Notes: generated by a model not told the origin, from the letters alone. 64,000 nt of DNA from Gammaproteobacteria bacterium (GCA_030148865.1 JASBSR010000040.1:141145-205144), one strand, 5' to 3'; positions 28,635 to 39,636 are shown, counted from the stretch's first letter. Numbers and translations are program-made.

Positions 28635-29681
28635 ATGTCAGAAAAAAACCCCGATCCCAGAGCCTCACTCAGCTACCGCGATGCCGGCGTCGATATCGAC
28701 GCAGGTAATCTGCTGATCGAAAAAATCCGTGACAGCGTCGCCAGCACCCGGCGTCCCGGGGTGCTTGGTGGTATCGGCGGCTTTGGCGGCCTGTTCGAAC
28801 TGCCCGCCGGCTACCAGCAACCCGTGCTGGTCTCGGGTACCGACGGGGTCGGCACCAAACTGAAACTCGCGATCGAGCTGGGCAAGCACGATAGCATCGG
28901 CATCGATCTGGTGGCGATGTGCGTCAATGATATTCTGGTGCTCGGTGCCGAACCGCTGTTTTTTCTCGATTATTACGCCACCGGCAAACTCGAGCCAGTG
29001 ATCGCCGCCGATGTGGTCGCCGGCATCGCCGCAGGCTGTCGCCAGTCGGGCGCCGCGTTGATCGGCGGTGAGACTGCTGAAATGCCTGGCATGTATCAGG
29101 CCGGGGATTATGACCTCGCCGGCTTTTGCGTCGGGGTGGTCGAAAAAGCCGAGATCATCGACGGTAGTCAGGTCAAAGCCGGTGATGCCATGATCGCACT
29201 CGCCGCCAGCGGCCCGCACTCCAATGGCTATTCTCTGGTGCGCAAGGTGCTCGAAGTCAGCGCCGCGAAACTCGATCAGGCCTGTGGCGAGACCACGCTC
29301 GGTGACGCCCTGCTCGCACCGACCCGCATCTATGTGGAATCGGTACGGCAGGTACTAAAACAGCTGCCACTGCACGCGCTGGCGCACATCACCGGCGGCG
29401 GATTGCTGGAAAATATTCCGCGGGTACTGCCCGCAGGTACGCGCGCTGCCATCAAACGCAATAGCTGGACGCTACCGCCGGTTTTCGACTGGCTGCAACA
29501 GGCCGGCAATATCAGTGACAGCGAAATGTATCGCACTTTCAACTGCGGTGTCGGCATGGTGGTGGTGGTCAGCGCTGATCGCGCCGCCGCAGCGATCAAT
29601 GCATTCAACCAGGCCGGCGAACATGCCTGGCTGCTGGGCCAGGTGGAAGCGGCTGCCGACAGCGAAGTTGTCATCGCCTGA
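28635..29681 (+). CDS. purM: phosphoribosylformylglycinamidine cyclo-ligase
   Basis: Start set at M32 of ORF 28542 ([25 protein letters not shown] is the canonical PurM N-terminus). AIR synthase N and C domains throughout. Confidence 0.92.
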   Translation: MSEKNPDPRASLSYRDAGVDIDAGNLLIEKIRDSVASTRRPGVLGGIGGFGGLFELPAGYQQPVLVSGTDGVGTKLKLAIELGKHDSIGIDLVAMCVNDILVLGAEPLFFLDYYATGKLEPVIAADVVAGIAAGCRQSGAALIGGETAEMPGMYQAGDYDLAGFCVGVVEKAEIIDGSQVKAGDAMIALAASGPHSNGYSLVRKVLEVSAAKLDQACGETTLGDALLAPTRIYVESVRQVLKQLPLHALAHITGGGLLENIPRVLPAGTRAAIKRNSWTLPPVFDWLQQAGNISDSEMYRTFNCGVGMVVVVSADRAAAAINAFNQAGEHAWLLGQVEAAADSEVVIA

Positions 29682-29706
29682 ACCTGCACACTGAACCCGA
29701 CGATTA

Positions 29707-30375
29707 GTGAAAATGAAATCTTTTGTCGTGCTGATCTCGGGTCGCGGCAGTAACCTGCAGGCGATCATCGATGCCATCGATGGCGGTCAGATCACAGCCC
29801 GGATCAGCGCGGTAATCAGCAGCCGCGCCGATGCCAGAGGGCTGGAACTCGCCCGCGCCGCAAACATTCCACAAATAGTAATCGCCGCCGTGCCCGGGCA
29901 AAGTCGTGACGCCTACGACCGCGCTCTGATCAAGCAAATCGACGCGTTACCGGTGGATTTTATTGTACTCGCCGGTTTCATGCGTATTCTGAGCACAGAA
30001 TTTATCAACCACTATCCACAGCAGATACTCAATATCCATCCCTCGTTGTTACCCGAATTTAAAGGTCTGCACACCCACCGCCGCGCGCTGGCTGCCGGCT
30101 GCAAAAAACACGGTGCCAGTGTGCATTTTGTCAACGCCGAACTCGACAGCGGCGACGTTGTTTTACAGGCTGAAATCGCGGTACAGGCAGACGATACCGA
30201 ACGCAGCCTGGCACAACGCGTACTCCAGGCTGAACATGTGATATACCCCATGGTCATACAGTGGTATGTTGAGGGCCGCCTGGTATTCAAAAACCACCAG
30301 CTTTTTTTCGATAATCAAGCCCTGGCTGCGGCCTGCCTATGGAAAAACCAGCAACTTGTTCTGCCACAGGCCTGA
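29707..30375 (+). CDS. purN: phosphoribosylglycinamide formyltransferase
   Basis: 222 aa. VVLISGRGSNLQAI, ...HPSLLP.FKG... Confidence 0.9.
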   Translation: MKMKSFVVLISGRGSNLQAIIDAIDGGQITARISAVISSRADARGLELARAANIPQIVIAAVPGQSRDAYDRALIKQIDALPVDFIVLAGFMRILSTEFINHYPQQILNIHPSLLPEFKGLHTHRRALAAGCKKHGASVHFVNAELDSGDVVLQAEIAVQADDTERSLAQRVLQAEHVIYPMVIQWYVEGRLVFKNHQLFFDNQALAAACLWKNQQLVLPQA

Positions 30376-30401
30376 TGTCCAAACTGCCGAGAAATTCAAA
30401 T

Positions 30402-31127
30402 ATGATCTCCCGACTACTATTGTCAGCCATATTGAGCGTCGCATCATTAACGGCGCAGAGTGCCGAACTGCAGGATTTCGCGGCGACCTACATGATTGAG
30501 AAATACGATATTATCATCGGCGTCGGCGATTACCATCTGGAACAGGATGCGGGCAAGGCGCATTTTTTCATGCGCAGTAAACTCACCGGGCTGGCCGCTC
30601 TGTTCCGCAATGACCGCGCCGAAGAAGACAGCTGGCTGGAAAAAGACCACCAGGGCAGGTTGCAGCTAATGCACTACCGCTACCAGCAATCTGGCAGCAA
30701 ACACAATCGCAATACTGACCTGACTGTCGCCTGGACTGAAGATTGCACCCATGGCCGGGTCAGCGGCAGTCACGCCGGCAAGCCGGTGAGTTTTGATGTT
30801 AAAGCCACTGTCCGCGATGCCTTGTCGTTTCAGCTTTCATTGATGCAGGATGCCGCCAGCGAACGCGCACTCAGCTACGCCGTGTTGAACAAAAACGAAC
30901 TCAAATCTTACATTTTCACCCGCAACGGTAATGAGACTCTGAGCCTAGCAAATCAAAACGTGGAAACCCTGATTGTGGAGCGCAAGACCGATGATCGCAT
31001 CACTCGCTTATGGCTGGCAAAACAATTTCAGTACACTCCGGTTAAAATCGAACAGATTAAAGATGGCACTATTAACACCCGCATGGTGATTGATACCTTG
31101 ACGCAAGCAGGACAAAAAAAACTGTAA
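30402..31127 (+). CDS. DUF3108 domain protein (secreted)
   Basis: Start at M22 of ORF 30339 gives a signal peptide MISRLLLSAILSVASLTAQSA. Position downstream of purN is typical for DUF3108. Confidence 0.55.
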   Translation: MISRLLLSAILSVASLTAQSAELQDFAATYMIEKYDIIIGVGDYHLEQDAGKAHFFMRSKLTGLAALFRNDRAEEDSWLEKDHQGRLQLMHYRYQQSGSKHNRNTDLTVAWTEDCTHGRVSGSHAGKPVSFDVKATVRDALSFQLSLMQDAASERALSYAVLNKNELKSYIFTRNGNETLSLANQNVETLIVERKTDDRITRLWLAKQFQYTPVKIEQIKDGTINTRMVIDTLTQAGQKKL

Positions 31128-31666
31128 TGAATGCCGATGACACCCATGTTGATGACTACGTCAGCAAATCGCAGATCAAGCGTGAGTGTGACGCCTTACA
31201 AAAACTTGGCGAGCAATTACTGCAATTAAAATCTGCTGAACTGGATAAAATTAATTTACCCGAGAAACTGGCCTCTGCTATCCGCGAAGGCAGGAAATTA
31301 AAAGCTCGTGGCGCCCTAAAACGCCAGCGTCAATACATTGGCAAACTGATGCGCGAAGCCGATAGCGAGAACATTGAAAAACAGCTATCATTGATCCAGC
31401 ACCTGCATGATTTTAATGTTACACGCGCCAAACAAACCGAACGCTGGCGCGACCGCCTGCTCAGCGATGATAACCAGGTGGTCACCGAACTGATCGACAC
31501 CTACCCTGATATCGATCGCCAGCACATCAACCAGCTGGTCCGGCTAAGCAAACGCGAGCAGGAGGCAGGCAAACCGCCCGCTGCTGCGCGCAAGTTATAT
31601 AAATATCTTCACGATATCAGCAAACAGAAAATGCTGGCATCAACCCAGAACGAAACGAAAGAATAA
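31127..31666 (+). CDS. yjgA: ribosome-associated protein YjgA/DarP (DUF615)
   Basis: 179 aa. VSKSQIKRECDALQKLGEQL...RQRQYIGKLMRE...KPPAAARKLYKYLHDI aligns with E. coli YjgA (VSKSEIKRDAEELKRLG...RQLQLIGKMLRQ...KPPKSARQIFQYLREL). Confidence 0.85.
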   Translation: MNADDTHVDDYVSKSQIKRECDALQKLGEQLLQLKSAELDKINLPEKLASAIREGRKLKARGALKRQRQYIGKLMREADSENIEKQLSLIQHLHDFNVTRAKQTERWRDRLLSDDNQVVTELIDTYPDIDRQHINQLVRLSKREQEAGKPPAAARKLYKYLHDISKQKMLASTQNETKE

Positions 31667-31674
31667 ACCACTAG

Positions 31675-31774
31675 TCCGCAAATAAACGCAAATAAAAACA
31701 GAATAATATTTATAGTGTAGTGCGCCGCAGGCGCACAAACTAAACATTCGCGTTTATTTGCGTTCATTAGCGGA
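31675..31774. repeat. palindromic intergenic repeat element, copy A (terminal inverted repeats around a central GC hairpin)
   Basis: TCCGCAAATAAACGCAAATAAA ... GTGCGCCGCAGGCGCAC (perfect 7-bp stem) ... TTTATTTGCGTTCATTAGCGGA. The arms are reverse complements. Lies between convergent yjgA and the C-N hydrolase gene. Second copy at 40311-40419. Confidence 0.65.
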
Positions 31775-31813
31775 TAAAGTTTTTTGCTTTTTGCGAACTA
31801 ACGCTCCAGGCCA

Positions 31814-32644
31814 TCAGATTTTACAGTCAATGCGTCGATGCGCCAGTACCGGGAACGATTTACGTGTGCGTGCCAGCATGGTCATATCGATTTCCGAGAC
31901 CACAACACCAGTGCCGTGCGGTAGTCGATTTAAGATGACACCCCAGGGATCGACGATCATACTATCGCCATGGGTTTCGCGACCGTTGACATGATAGCCG
32001 CCCTGTGCTGCCGCTACAACAAAAGAAAGGTTCTCGATTGCACGCGCGCGCAGCAAAGATTCCCAATGCGCCTTGCCCGTCATACTGGTGAACGCCGAAG
32101 GTAATACGCAAATCTCCATGCCCGCATCCGCCATGGTTCTGAATAACTCAGGAAAACGCAGATCATAACATACTGCCATACCAAGCTTGCCGAACGGGGT
32201 ATCGACCACCACCACTTCATCACCCGGTATGATAGTTTCTGACTCATGATAACTTTCATTACTGGCTTCAATCTTGACGTCGAATAAATGAATTTTGTTA
32301 TAACAGGCGACCATTTCGCCGTTATCGTTATAAAGATGACAGGCACCATAAACCCGGCCAACGTCTTTCGATGCTATCGGGATGGTGCCACCCACCAGCC
32401 AAATTTTATGCTTGCGCGCCTGTTCACTCAGAAAACTCTGTAACGGGCCATCACCCTGCTCTTCAGCGGCGTTGACTTTATCCATTTCACTCATGCCCAT
32501 GATGGCGAAATTTTCTGGCAGCACTATGAGTTTTGCATCCTGTTGAACTGCTATGGCGATCAGTTTCTCCGCCTCGGCCATATTGGCTTTAATATTTGGT
32601 CCTGATGCCATTTGGATGGCCGCAACCTTACTCACCTGATTCAA
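31814..32644 (-). CDS. carbon-nitrogen hydrolase (nitrilase superfamily)
   Basis: 276 aa. Glu-Lys-Cys catalytic context (LPENF..., ...CYDLRFPE... with Cys in LGMAVCYDLRFPELF). Confidence 0.85.
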   Translation of the reverse strand: MNQVSKVAAIQMASGPNIKANMAEAEKLIAIAVQQDAKLIVLPENFAIMGMSEMDKVNAAEEQGDGPLQSFLSEQARKHKIWLVGGTIPIASKDVGRVYGACHLYNDNGEMVACYNKIHLFDVKIEASNESYHESETIIPGDEVVVVDTPFGKLGMAVCYDLRFPELFRTMADAGMEICVLPSAFTSMTGKAHWESLLRARAIENLSFVVAAAQGGYHVNGRETHGDSMIVDPWGVILNRLPHGTGVVVSEIDMTMLARTRKSFPVLAHRRIDCKI

Positions 32645-33051
32645 TCTCCAGTCTGGATAATTTCAAAACGAATAACATCGGCTTCACCACTACCGGGCAC
32701 AGCGTTCATATATTTCGAAGGGACTCCGAGGGAAACCAGCCAGTCCATCAGTGCTTCTACCCAGAGTTCACCTTCTTCGCCACCCGGATAACGCAGTTCA
32801 ATTTTTTGATGTGGGCGGGCAGCCCAGGTATTGACCAGCTGCTGCAAGACGGGCAGCGCCAACAGACGCTCACCTTCACGCGCCATTTCCCACTGCTCGG
32901 CACGCAATATGATCTCGTTGTTACTCTCCGAGACTGATTCTATCGCATAACTGGCGACAGGCAGAGCGCCAGGCACAAAAAAAACCAGCACCAGCCGCAC
33001 AAAATTCCAGCGCGGACAATATCTATAGTGATTTTTAATCATCGCCTTCAC
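32641..33051 (-). CDS. hypothetical secreted protein (136 aa)
   Basis: Signal-peptide-like N-terminus (LVLVFFVPGALPVASYA). Overlaps both neighbours by a few nt (operonic with yhdP). Confidence 0.4.
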   Translation of the reverse strand: MKAMIKNHYRYCPRWNFVRLVLVFFVPGALPVASYAIESVSESNNEIILRAEQWEMAREGERLLALPVLQQLVNTWAARPHQKIELRYPGGEEGELWVEALMDWLVSLGVPSKYMNAVPGSGEADVIRFEIIQTGD

Positions 33052-36000
33052 CTGGCCTGGCCGGCTTATCTGAATTTGATGTCTTTTTAATGACCGGATT
33101 ATCCCATTTCCCGGTAATCACGTATTTTTCGCGCGCAAGTTTGTCGATCCCCAGTAATTTTTCCAGTAATACCAGACCGGCACCAACGATTGGGCCACCT
33201 GCGATGGTGCCACCGGTGAATGCGGCTCCTGAGGAATTAGGTCTAACTTCCATTTTCAGATCATAATCTTCTGCCGTCAGGCCAACACGGCCATCAATAT
33301 TGATATTGGCAGAAGCAGCTTCGATATTAATGTTTCGTGTTGTCACATTGCCGCCGACAAATGCCAGATCACCACGAATTCTATCAAAGACAAAGCCATC
33401 TTTATAAACATCACCGAAATCCAGCATAAGGCGCTGCGGTAACTGCAGCACATTCAACAGCCCCAGCAGACGCCCACCCGCACCAGGCTTAACATCCAGC
33501 ATAATGCCTTTTTCAAGTTTAAAGCCGGCTGACCCGGTTAACTCAGCCAGCGAAAAGCGGTACGGTTCCGCCAGCCATTGCCAGTCAACGCTGGCCTCAA
33601 GCTCGCCGCGATCGAATACTCCCGGATATCCCAGGCCACTGAGTGCATCGCCCAGATGTTCGCTGCGCACCTGTAATTTAAAATTCGTTTCCTGCCTGTG
33701 TTGCCAGCTGGTCAGCCAGCTGCCCTTGCCGGTGATATCCAATGCTCTGCTGTGCACGCGGATGTCGTTGATTAACATACCATGGCTGTGGCGCTCGCTC
33801 TGTAGTGATACATTGGTTAGATTCAATTTGTCCCAGTCGAGTCGATCAGCATGAAAATTTAGCGACGGCACTGTGGATGGATCAATACCATTATCACTCG
33901 ACTGTGAATCAGCAGTTTTCACCAAAGCGGATAAATTCGCGTAATCCAGGTCAATATTGATCTGCGAATCAGGTGAAAGGCCTTCTACAAAACCAGCTTC
34001 GCCTTTTAGCCAGGGCGCGTCAAATTCCAGCTGCCAGCGTTTATCAGCATCTCGATTAGCAACCACGTGCGCCACATCATCGGAATTCATGGTGAGCCGT
34101 AACGCATTATTCAGCCGGTTCAGCGTCAGCTGTATTGGTTGTGAGGCCTCCGCTGATTTGTTCCATTGATCGGAAATCGACACCGCCGTACCTTTTAGCG
34201 TGGAAGACATATCCACGTTAAACCCATTGGCGGCATCCAGTGGAACATGAACCAGAACATCCCAGTCCGAGCGACCCTTAAACCAGTTTTCGGGCATCCA
34301 TGCAAAATGTTTTAACAGACCGTCTATGGGTAAGCGGCCTCTAACTCGAAACACAGATTCAGTTTGCGCGGACCTTACCGTGGTTGCCGTAATTATCACT
34401 GGCTCGGCCTCGAAGCTTGCCGTCAGTTCGCGAGCCTCAAGCGATTTATCGGTGAATACCAGTTCACCGTTAAGGTCATTCAACTGATAATCCATCACTG
34501 GCAGTAACAGCACATTCTTCTGAAAGTTTAGCCTGCCCAGGGTCTGTACTGATTTGTGCTTTTGACCATACGGAATGGTCAGTGCCAGATTAAGATTGAG
34601 GTCACCAATAAGTTGTACCTGATGCATGGCATCACCCAGCACGGTATTCAGGCCGCTATTCCATATGTATTTGCGCATATCTTCAGCCGGCGCAACAATG
34701 TCACCATGCAGCTCGAGCGGACTAGTGTTCAGATTATCAATGCTTGCGCTCGCATGACGTAATTCACCACGGTACACCCGCGCCCTGGCCTGCTCGATTT
34801 GTAAGCCCTCATTATAAAATCGAACCTGCGCCGCTACTGATTCCAATGCCGGCCAGTCAGGTAAAAAACTGAGTGTTACATCACTGACTTTAAACAATAC
34901 TTCCATCACACCTTGATTGTCTAAAAACGGGAACTTGTTCACATCACCTTTAAAAATAACCCCCCCTGGCTCGATATGACCACCCGAGAGCGATGACTCT
35001 AACCATGAAACAGTATCAGCAGGCAGCACTCCAGCTGGATAATATTTTGCTATCGCATCGCCATGCACTGGTCCGAAATCAGTTTGCATATCAAGATACA
35101 CATCGCCGCTATCTGGCCAGCGCGCATAAATCCGTGAACGCGTTGCAATATCATCGTTTGCCAACAAAAATGAGTTAGCGTTAATAATCCATTGCTGATT
35201 CTCTCGGTGCGCATTAACGGCACCGTGCAATCGCGTCACAGCAATCGCCTGACGAAATACAGTACCCAGCTTCACATGCGCATGATCACTGGCTAGCAGC
35301 ACATGAACTTGTCCATCCTGGTAAGCGAAATCACCGTCGATACCCGACATCTCTATCTTTTGTTTTGGCAGTACAAAGTCGAAGCCGTGCAGAACTGCGC
35401 CCAGTTCTGGATCCCTGGCTGTAGCACTGGTTTTATCATCCGGTGGCAATGTCAGATTCAGGTTATACACATCTCCGGCAAATCGAGTCGATGCCAGCGA
35501 TTTGAGCTGATCTGGATAATGTTTAGCTGGTATCACCGACAACAAATCACTAACATCGTCGAGTTTAAGGTAGTTCGCCGATACCTGATAACCTGTTGCT
35601 GTGTTTTCTCGCAACAGCAAGTTGCCTGGCAGCGCCCATGTGTGACCATTTCTGCGCAATTGCAGATTATTGATATCCAGCCGCCAGGCAGCAGAATATG
35701 TCTGCCAGAAAATATCTGCGGAAAGCGCCTCTGCCTGCCAGTGCTGCACCCGGCCTGACGTCTGCTTCGGTATCTGTAAATCCAGCTGCGTGAAAGCGAA
35801 ACGCGACTTAAGCTGTTTCACCTGTCTACCGTTCAGGCTCAGCCATATTTCAGCATCAGCAACACCAGTCGCAGCGAGATGTTTTTCCAGATCCAGTTTG
35901 CCGATAAAAGACTTCAGCTGTAATTGCTGAACATTGAAATAGATTTCAGAATTCGCCGATTCAAGCGCTGATAAATCACCGTCGACTTCAGCTATCATTT

Positions 36001-36628
36001 GCAAACGCTTGCCATAGCTATCAGGCAGGTCGACACTGGCCTGCACAGCGTGCGTGCCGAGTAAGTTTTCCACCCGAATATTAACATTTTTCAAATCAAG
36101 ATTTTCGAACGCGTGCTGTGCGTCATGCAGTTGTACACGGCTATTCAAAAGAGAGTAATTCGAATTATTGATCTGATTAATCAGTTCATCTGAAACCCGT
36201 TCGCTATCTGAACGTGCAATCTGAATACCTTGTAAAAACCATTGGCCCTGCTTGTTCCGTTCAATCAACAGATCTGCGCCTGACAGACTGATGTCACCAA
36301 TCATTGGCGACATAAACCGAATGGAGTCGATGTACGAAAATGCGAAGGTGATTTCATCAAACTGAACTAACACGCTTTTGCCATCAGCGTTGTACACCTG
36401 GACATCCACCAGCTTAAGCTGCGGTCGCAGCCAGCTCATATCCGCATCCAGGGATGCTATTTTTACCGGCAGACCCAGCTGCATTTCCAGCGCGCGATCA
36501 ACTTCTTTTAGATATCCCGTGGCGTGCGGCAATACCGCGCGCAGAATAGTGAACGCAACCGCCAGCACGATAATGATAATCGCCACTGTTGTGATCAGGC
36601 AGACACGAAATTTTTCGAGCCAGGCCAT
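33035..36628 (-). CDS. yhdP: YhdP-family (AsmA-like) envelope protein, putative phospholipid transporter
   Basis: 1197 aa, N-terminal TM anchor then a huge beta-rich periplasmic domain. Conserved maf-rng-yhdP synteny. Confidence 0.8.
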   Translation of the reverse strand: MAWLEKFRVCLITTVAIIIIVLAVAFTILRAVLPHATGYLKEVDRALEMQLGLPVKIASLDADMSWLRPQLKLVDVQVYNADGKSVLVQFDEITFAFSYIDSIRFMSPMIGDISLSGADLLIERNKQGQWFLQGIQIARSDSERVSDELINQINNSNYSLLNSRVQLHDAQHAFENLDLKNVNIRVENLLGTHAVQASVDLPDSYGKRLQMIAEVDGDLSALESANSEIYFNVQQLQLKSFIGKLDLEKHLAATGVADAEIWLSLNGRQVKQLKSRFAFTQLDLQIPKQTSGRVQHWQAEALSADIFWQTYSAAWRLDINNLQLRRNGHTWALPGNLLLRENTATGYQVSANYLKLDDVSDLLSVIPAKHYPDQLKSLASTRFAGDVYNLNLTLPPDDKTSATARDPELGAVLHGFDFVLPKQKIEMSGIDGDFAYQDGQVHVLLASDHAHVKLGTVFRQAIAVTRLHGAVNAHRENQQWIINANSFLLANDDIATRSRIYARWPDSGDVYLDMQTDFGPVHGDAIAKYYPAGVLPADTVSWLESSLSGGHIEPGGVIFKGDVNKFPFLDNQGVMEVLFKVSDVTLSFLPDWPALESVAAQVRFYNEGLQIEQARARVYRGELRHASASIDNLNTSPLELHGDIVAPAEDMRKYIWNSGLNTVLGDAMHQVQLIGDLNLNLALTIPYGQKHKSVQTLGRLNFQKNVLLLPVMDYQLNDLNGELVFTDKSLEARELTASFEAEPVIITATTVRSAQTESVFRVRGRLPIDGLLKHFAWMPENWFKGRSDWDVLVHVPLDAANGFNVDMSSTLKGTAVSISDQWNKSAEASQPIQLTLNRLNNALRLTMNSDDVAHVVANRDADKRWQLEFDAPWLKGEAGFVEGLSPDSQINIDLDYANLSALVKTADSQSSDNGIDPSTVPSLNFHADRLDWDKLNLTNVSLQSERHSHGMLINDIRVHSRALDITGKGSWLTSWQHRQETNFKLQVRSEHLGDALSGLGYPGVFDRGELEASVDWQWLAEPYRFSLAELTGSAGFKLEKGIMLDVKPGAGGRLLGLLNVLQLPQRLMLDFGDVYKDGFVFDRIRGDLAFVGGNVTTRNINIEAASANINIDGRVGLTAEDYDLKMEVRPNSSGAAFTGGTIAGGPIVGAGLVLLEKLLGIDKLAREKYVITGKWDNPVIKKTSNSDKPARPGEGDD

Positions 36629-36669
36629 ACGAATTATTGAGTACCTGTGGAATAAATCATTAGTGACCG

Positions 36670-38151
36670 CTACATAATCACAACATCGTACTGCTCTGGT
36701 GTGAACATGGCTTCAACCTGAAATTTGATTGGAATCTCAATAAAACCTTCCAGCTCGGCGAGGCTACCGGATTCTTCATCAACCAGCAGGTCGACCACTT
36801 CCTGCGATGCCAGTACCAGTAGTTCTCTGGCATCAAACTGTCTGGCCTCACGCAATATCTCGCGGAAAATTTCGTAACAAATGGTTTCAGCCGTTTTAAT
36901 CGTACCGCGACCTTCACAGGTGGGACATACCCCACAAAGCACATGCTCCAGGCTTTCGCGGGTACGTTTGCGCGTCATCTCTATCAACCCTAACGATGAA
37001 ACATCACACACGTGCGTGCGGGCATGATCTTTTTCCAGCGCCTTTTCCAGTGCACGCATCACCTGACGTTTGTGTTCGTCTTCGCTCATATCGATAAAAT
37101 CAAGAATAATAATACCGCCGAGATTGCGTAAACGTAACTGACGCGCGATGGCCTGTGCGGCTTCGAGGTTAGTTTTAAAAATGGTTTCTTCGAGATTACG
37201 ATTACCGACAAAAGCGCCCGTATTCACATCGATCGTAGTCATGGCTTCGGTCTGATCAATAATTAAATAACCACCAGACTTGAGATGTACTTTTTTTTCC
37301 AGGCCTTTCTGGATTTCGTCTTCTACATTATGCAAGTCAAAAATCGGACGTTCACCGGGATAGTGCTCGATCAGCTCGACCACTTCTGGCACATATTCAC
37401 TAGCAAAGCTCTGCATGATCTGAAACGTCTCGCGCGAATCGACACGTATTTTTTCCAGATCTTCATCCACCATGTCACGCAGTACGCGTAGATACAGCGG
37501 TAGATCCTTGTGTACAACATCACCGGCTTTGGCGCTGCTGGCATCACGAATTTTTTGCCAGAGGCGATTCAGATATTTGATATCGCGCGAGATCGATTCT
37601 TCTGTCGCTACTTCGGCGGCGGTGCGCAAAATATAGCCCGAACCCTCACTGCGATCTTCGTGATTTGTCAGCATGGCACGCAGACGTTCGCGTTCTTCAT
37701 CGCTGTCTATGCGTGACGAAACACCGATATTATCCGAATTGGGCATGAACACCAGATAACGCGATGGTACCGTGATGTTTGAAGTCAGACGCGCACCCTT
37801 GGTGCCCAGCGGGTCTTTTACCACCTGCACCAGCAATTCCTGCCCTTCCTGCAGAACTCGGCTGATATGCAACTGGCCATTGCTTTCGGCCTGTTGCCTG
37901 GCGCTCAAGGCCATATCTGAGACGTGTAAAAACGCGGCCCGTTCGAGACCGATTTCAACAAAGGCGGCTTCCATACCTGGCAGTACGCGCACAACCTTGC
38001 CCTTGTAGACATTGCCGACAAGACCGCGGTTACGGCTACGCTCGATATAGAGTTCGTGCAGCATGCCGTTTTCCAGTATCGCGACCCGAGTTTCCTGCGG
38101 CGTAACATTGATCAGGACTTCCTTACTTATACTCATAAAACTCTGACTCAA
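36670..38151 (-). CDS. rng: ribonuclease G
   Basis: 493 aa. S1 domain, then RNase E/G catalytic domain (size and motifs of Rng rather than Rne). Confidence 0.9.
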   Translation of the reverse strand: MSQSFMSISKEVLINVTPQETRVAILENGMLHELYIERSRNRGLVGNVYKGKVVRVLPGMEAAFVEIGLERAAFLHVSDMALSARQQAESNGQLHISRVLQEGQELLVQVVKDPLGTKGARLTSNITVPSRYLVFMPNSDNIGVSSRIDSDEERERLRAMLTNHEDRSEGSGYILRTAAEVATEESISRDIKYLNRLWQKIRDASSAKAGDVVHKDLPLYLRVLRDMVDEDLEKIRVDSRETFQIMQSFASEYVPEVVELIEHYPGERPIFDLHNVEDEIQKGLEKKVHLKSGGYLIIDQTEAMTTIDVNTGAFVGNRNLEETIFKTNLEAAQAIARQLRLRNLGGIIILDFIDMSEDEHKRQVMRALEKALEKDHARTHVCDVSSLGLIEMTRKRTRESLEHVLCGVCPTCEGRGTIKTAETICYEIFREILREARQFDARELLVLASQEVVDLLVDEESGSLAELEGFIEIPIKFQVEAMFTPEQYDVVIM

Positions 38152-38777
38152 ATAGTTTCATCTGTTACCAAATCATAGCCTGAATCCGGACATGAAAACG
38201 GCCCGGTTTCACAGCTTTTCAATAACCCACAGGTTTCGTACAACGGCAGTCCCATCACGCCGGAATAACTGCCGTTGAGATTTCTTATAAATTGCCCACC
38301 CAGCCCCTGTATCGCGTAGCCACCGGCTTTATCCAGGGGCTCACCGCTGGCAACATAGGCTTCAATTTCTGCCGGCGTGAGCGCAGCGAATTCGACCTGA
38401 CTACTGCTCAAAACTGAGCGCAGTCGCCCGGCACAATAAATACACAGCGCGGTATGCACGACATGCTGCCGAGCCGAGAGCATGGCCAGCATGGCTTGCG
38501 CCTGATGCGCACCGACCGGCTTGCCAAGAATCTCACCATCGCATTCGACGATGGTATCTGCCGCCAGGACAGGCAAGTGGATATCCTGCGCGGCAGCAAG
38601 TTCAGCCCCGGTACGAGCTTTTTCCTGCGCCAGGCGCAGCACATAATCGCTCGCGGCTTCACCGGCACGAACAGTTTCATTGATTTCGGTCGCTAGCACA
38701 CGAAAACTCACACCGATTTGTCGCAGCAACTCAGCGCGTCGCGGTGATGCCGAAGCAAGAATGATTTCAGGTTTCAT
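38148..38777 (-). CDS. maf: Maf-family nucleoside triphosphate pyrophosphatase (septum formation protein)
   Basis: 209 aa. ILASASPRRAELLRQIG... Confidence 0.9.
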   Translation of the reverse strand: MKPEIILASASPRRAELLRQIGVSFRVLATEINETVRAGEAASDYVLRLAQEKARTGAELAAAQDIHLPVLAADTIVECDGEILGKPVGAHQAQAMLAMLSARQHVVHTALCIYCAGRLRSVLSSSQVEFAALTPAEIEAYVASGEPLDKAGGYAIQGLGGQFIRNLNGSYSGVMGLPLYETCGLLKSCETGPFSCPDSGYDLVTDETI

Positions 38778-38780
38778 GCG

Positions 38781-39251
38781 TCAGCCGCGATGATAAGGGT
38801 GATTTGCGAGTATGCTCCAGGCACGATACAACTGTTCGCAAAGCATGACACGGATAAGTGTGTGGGGAAAAGTCAGCTCCGAAAGCGACAACAAACTGTC
38901 TGCCTGCTGTCTGAAATCATCGCTAACGCCATCGGGCCCGCCGATGACAATAGCCACATCCTGCCCGCTTTGCTGCCAGCGCCCGAGTTGCTCGGCGAGT
39001 TTTTCTGTACTCATGGCTCTGCCTTTAACATCGAGCACCACGGTTATGCTGCCGGTGGGAATCGCCTGCTGCAATTTAAGACATTCATCGCGTTTGATGC
39101 GTTCGATATCAGGATTTTTCCCGCGCTTGATCAGCGGCAATAATTTTGCCTGGAGTTTGATTTCCGGTGGCAGACGGCGAATAAAATCATCGCAGGCGGC
39201 CTCAACCCATGCTGGCATTTTGTGGCCAATGGCAATGAGATGAATATTCAT
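38781..39251 (-). CDS. rlmH: 23S rRNA (pseudouridine1915-N3)-methyltransferase
   Basis: 156 aa SPOUT. MNIHLIAIGHKMPAWV..., YbeA family. Confidence 0.9.
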   Translation of the reverse strand: MNIHLIAIGHKMPAWVEAACDDFIRRLPPEIKLQAKLLPLIKRGKNPDIERIKRDECLKLQQAIPTGSITVVLDVKGRAMSTEKLAEQLGRWQQSGQDVAIVIGGPDGVSDDFRQQADSLLSLSELTFPHTLIRVMLCEQLYRAWSILANHPYHRG

Positions 39252-39273
39252 CCGATGTGGTGCTCAGAACCCG

Positions 39274-39627
39274 TCAGGATGCATCCTGGCGTTCGCGCTT
39301 GATTACATCGAGTCGCCACAGGCTTTCCAGGTCATAGAACTCACGGCTCTGGGGCTGCATCACATGCACAATCACATCACCAAGGTCAACCAGCACCCAT
39401 TCACCATCGCTTTCCCCTTCTATCCCCAGCGGTTGCACACCCGCTTTTTTCGCTTCGAGCACAACATTGCTGGCCAGCGATTTGACGTGGCGGCTGGAGG
39501 TACCGGTGGCGATAAACAAAAAATCGGTGACGCCGGTCTTGTCTTTAACATCAAGTTCGGTGATATCTTTGGCTTTCAGGTCTTCCAGTGCATTGCGCAC
39601 CAAGGCTCTGAGTTGGTCTAAGGTCAT
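39274..39627 (-). CDS. rsfS: ribosomal silencing factor RsfS (Iojap/YbeB)
   Basis: 117 aa. ...[14 protein letters not shown]...[12 protein letters not shown]... Confidence 0.9.
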   Translation of the reverse strand: MTLDQLRALVRNALEDLKAKDITELDVKDKTGVTDFLFIATGTSSRHVKSLASNVVLEAKKAGVQPLGIEGESDGEWVLVDLGDVIVHVMQPQSREFYDLESLWRLDVIKRERQDAS

Positions 39628-39636
39628 GTGTTCGGG

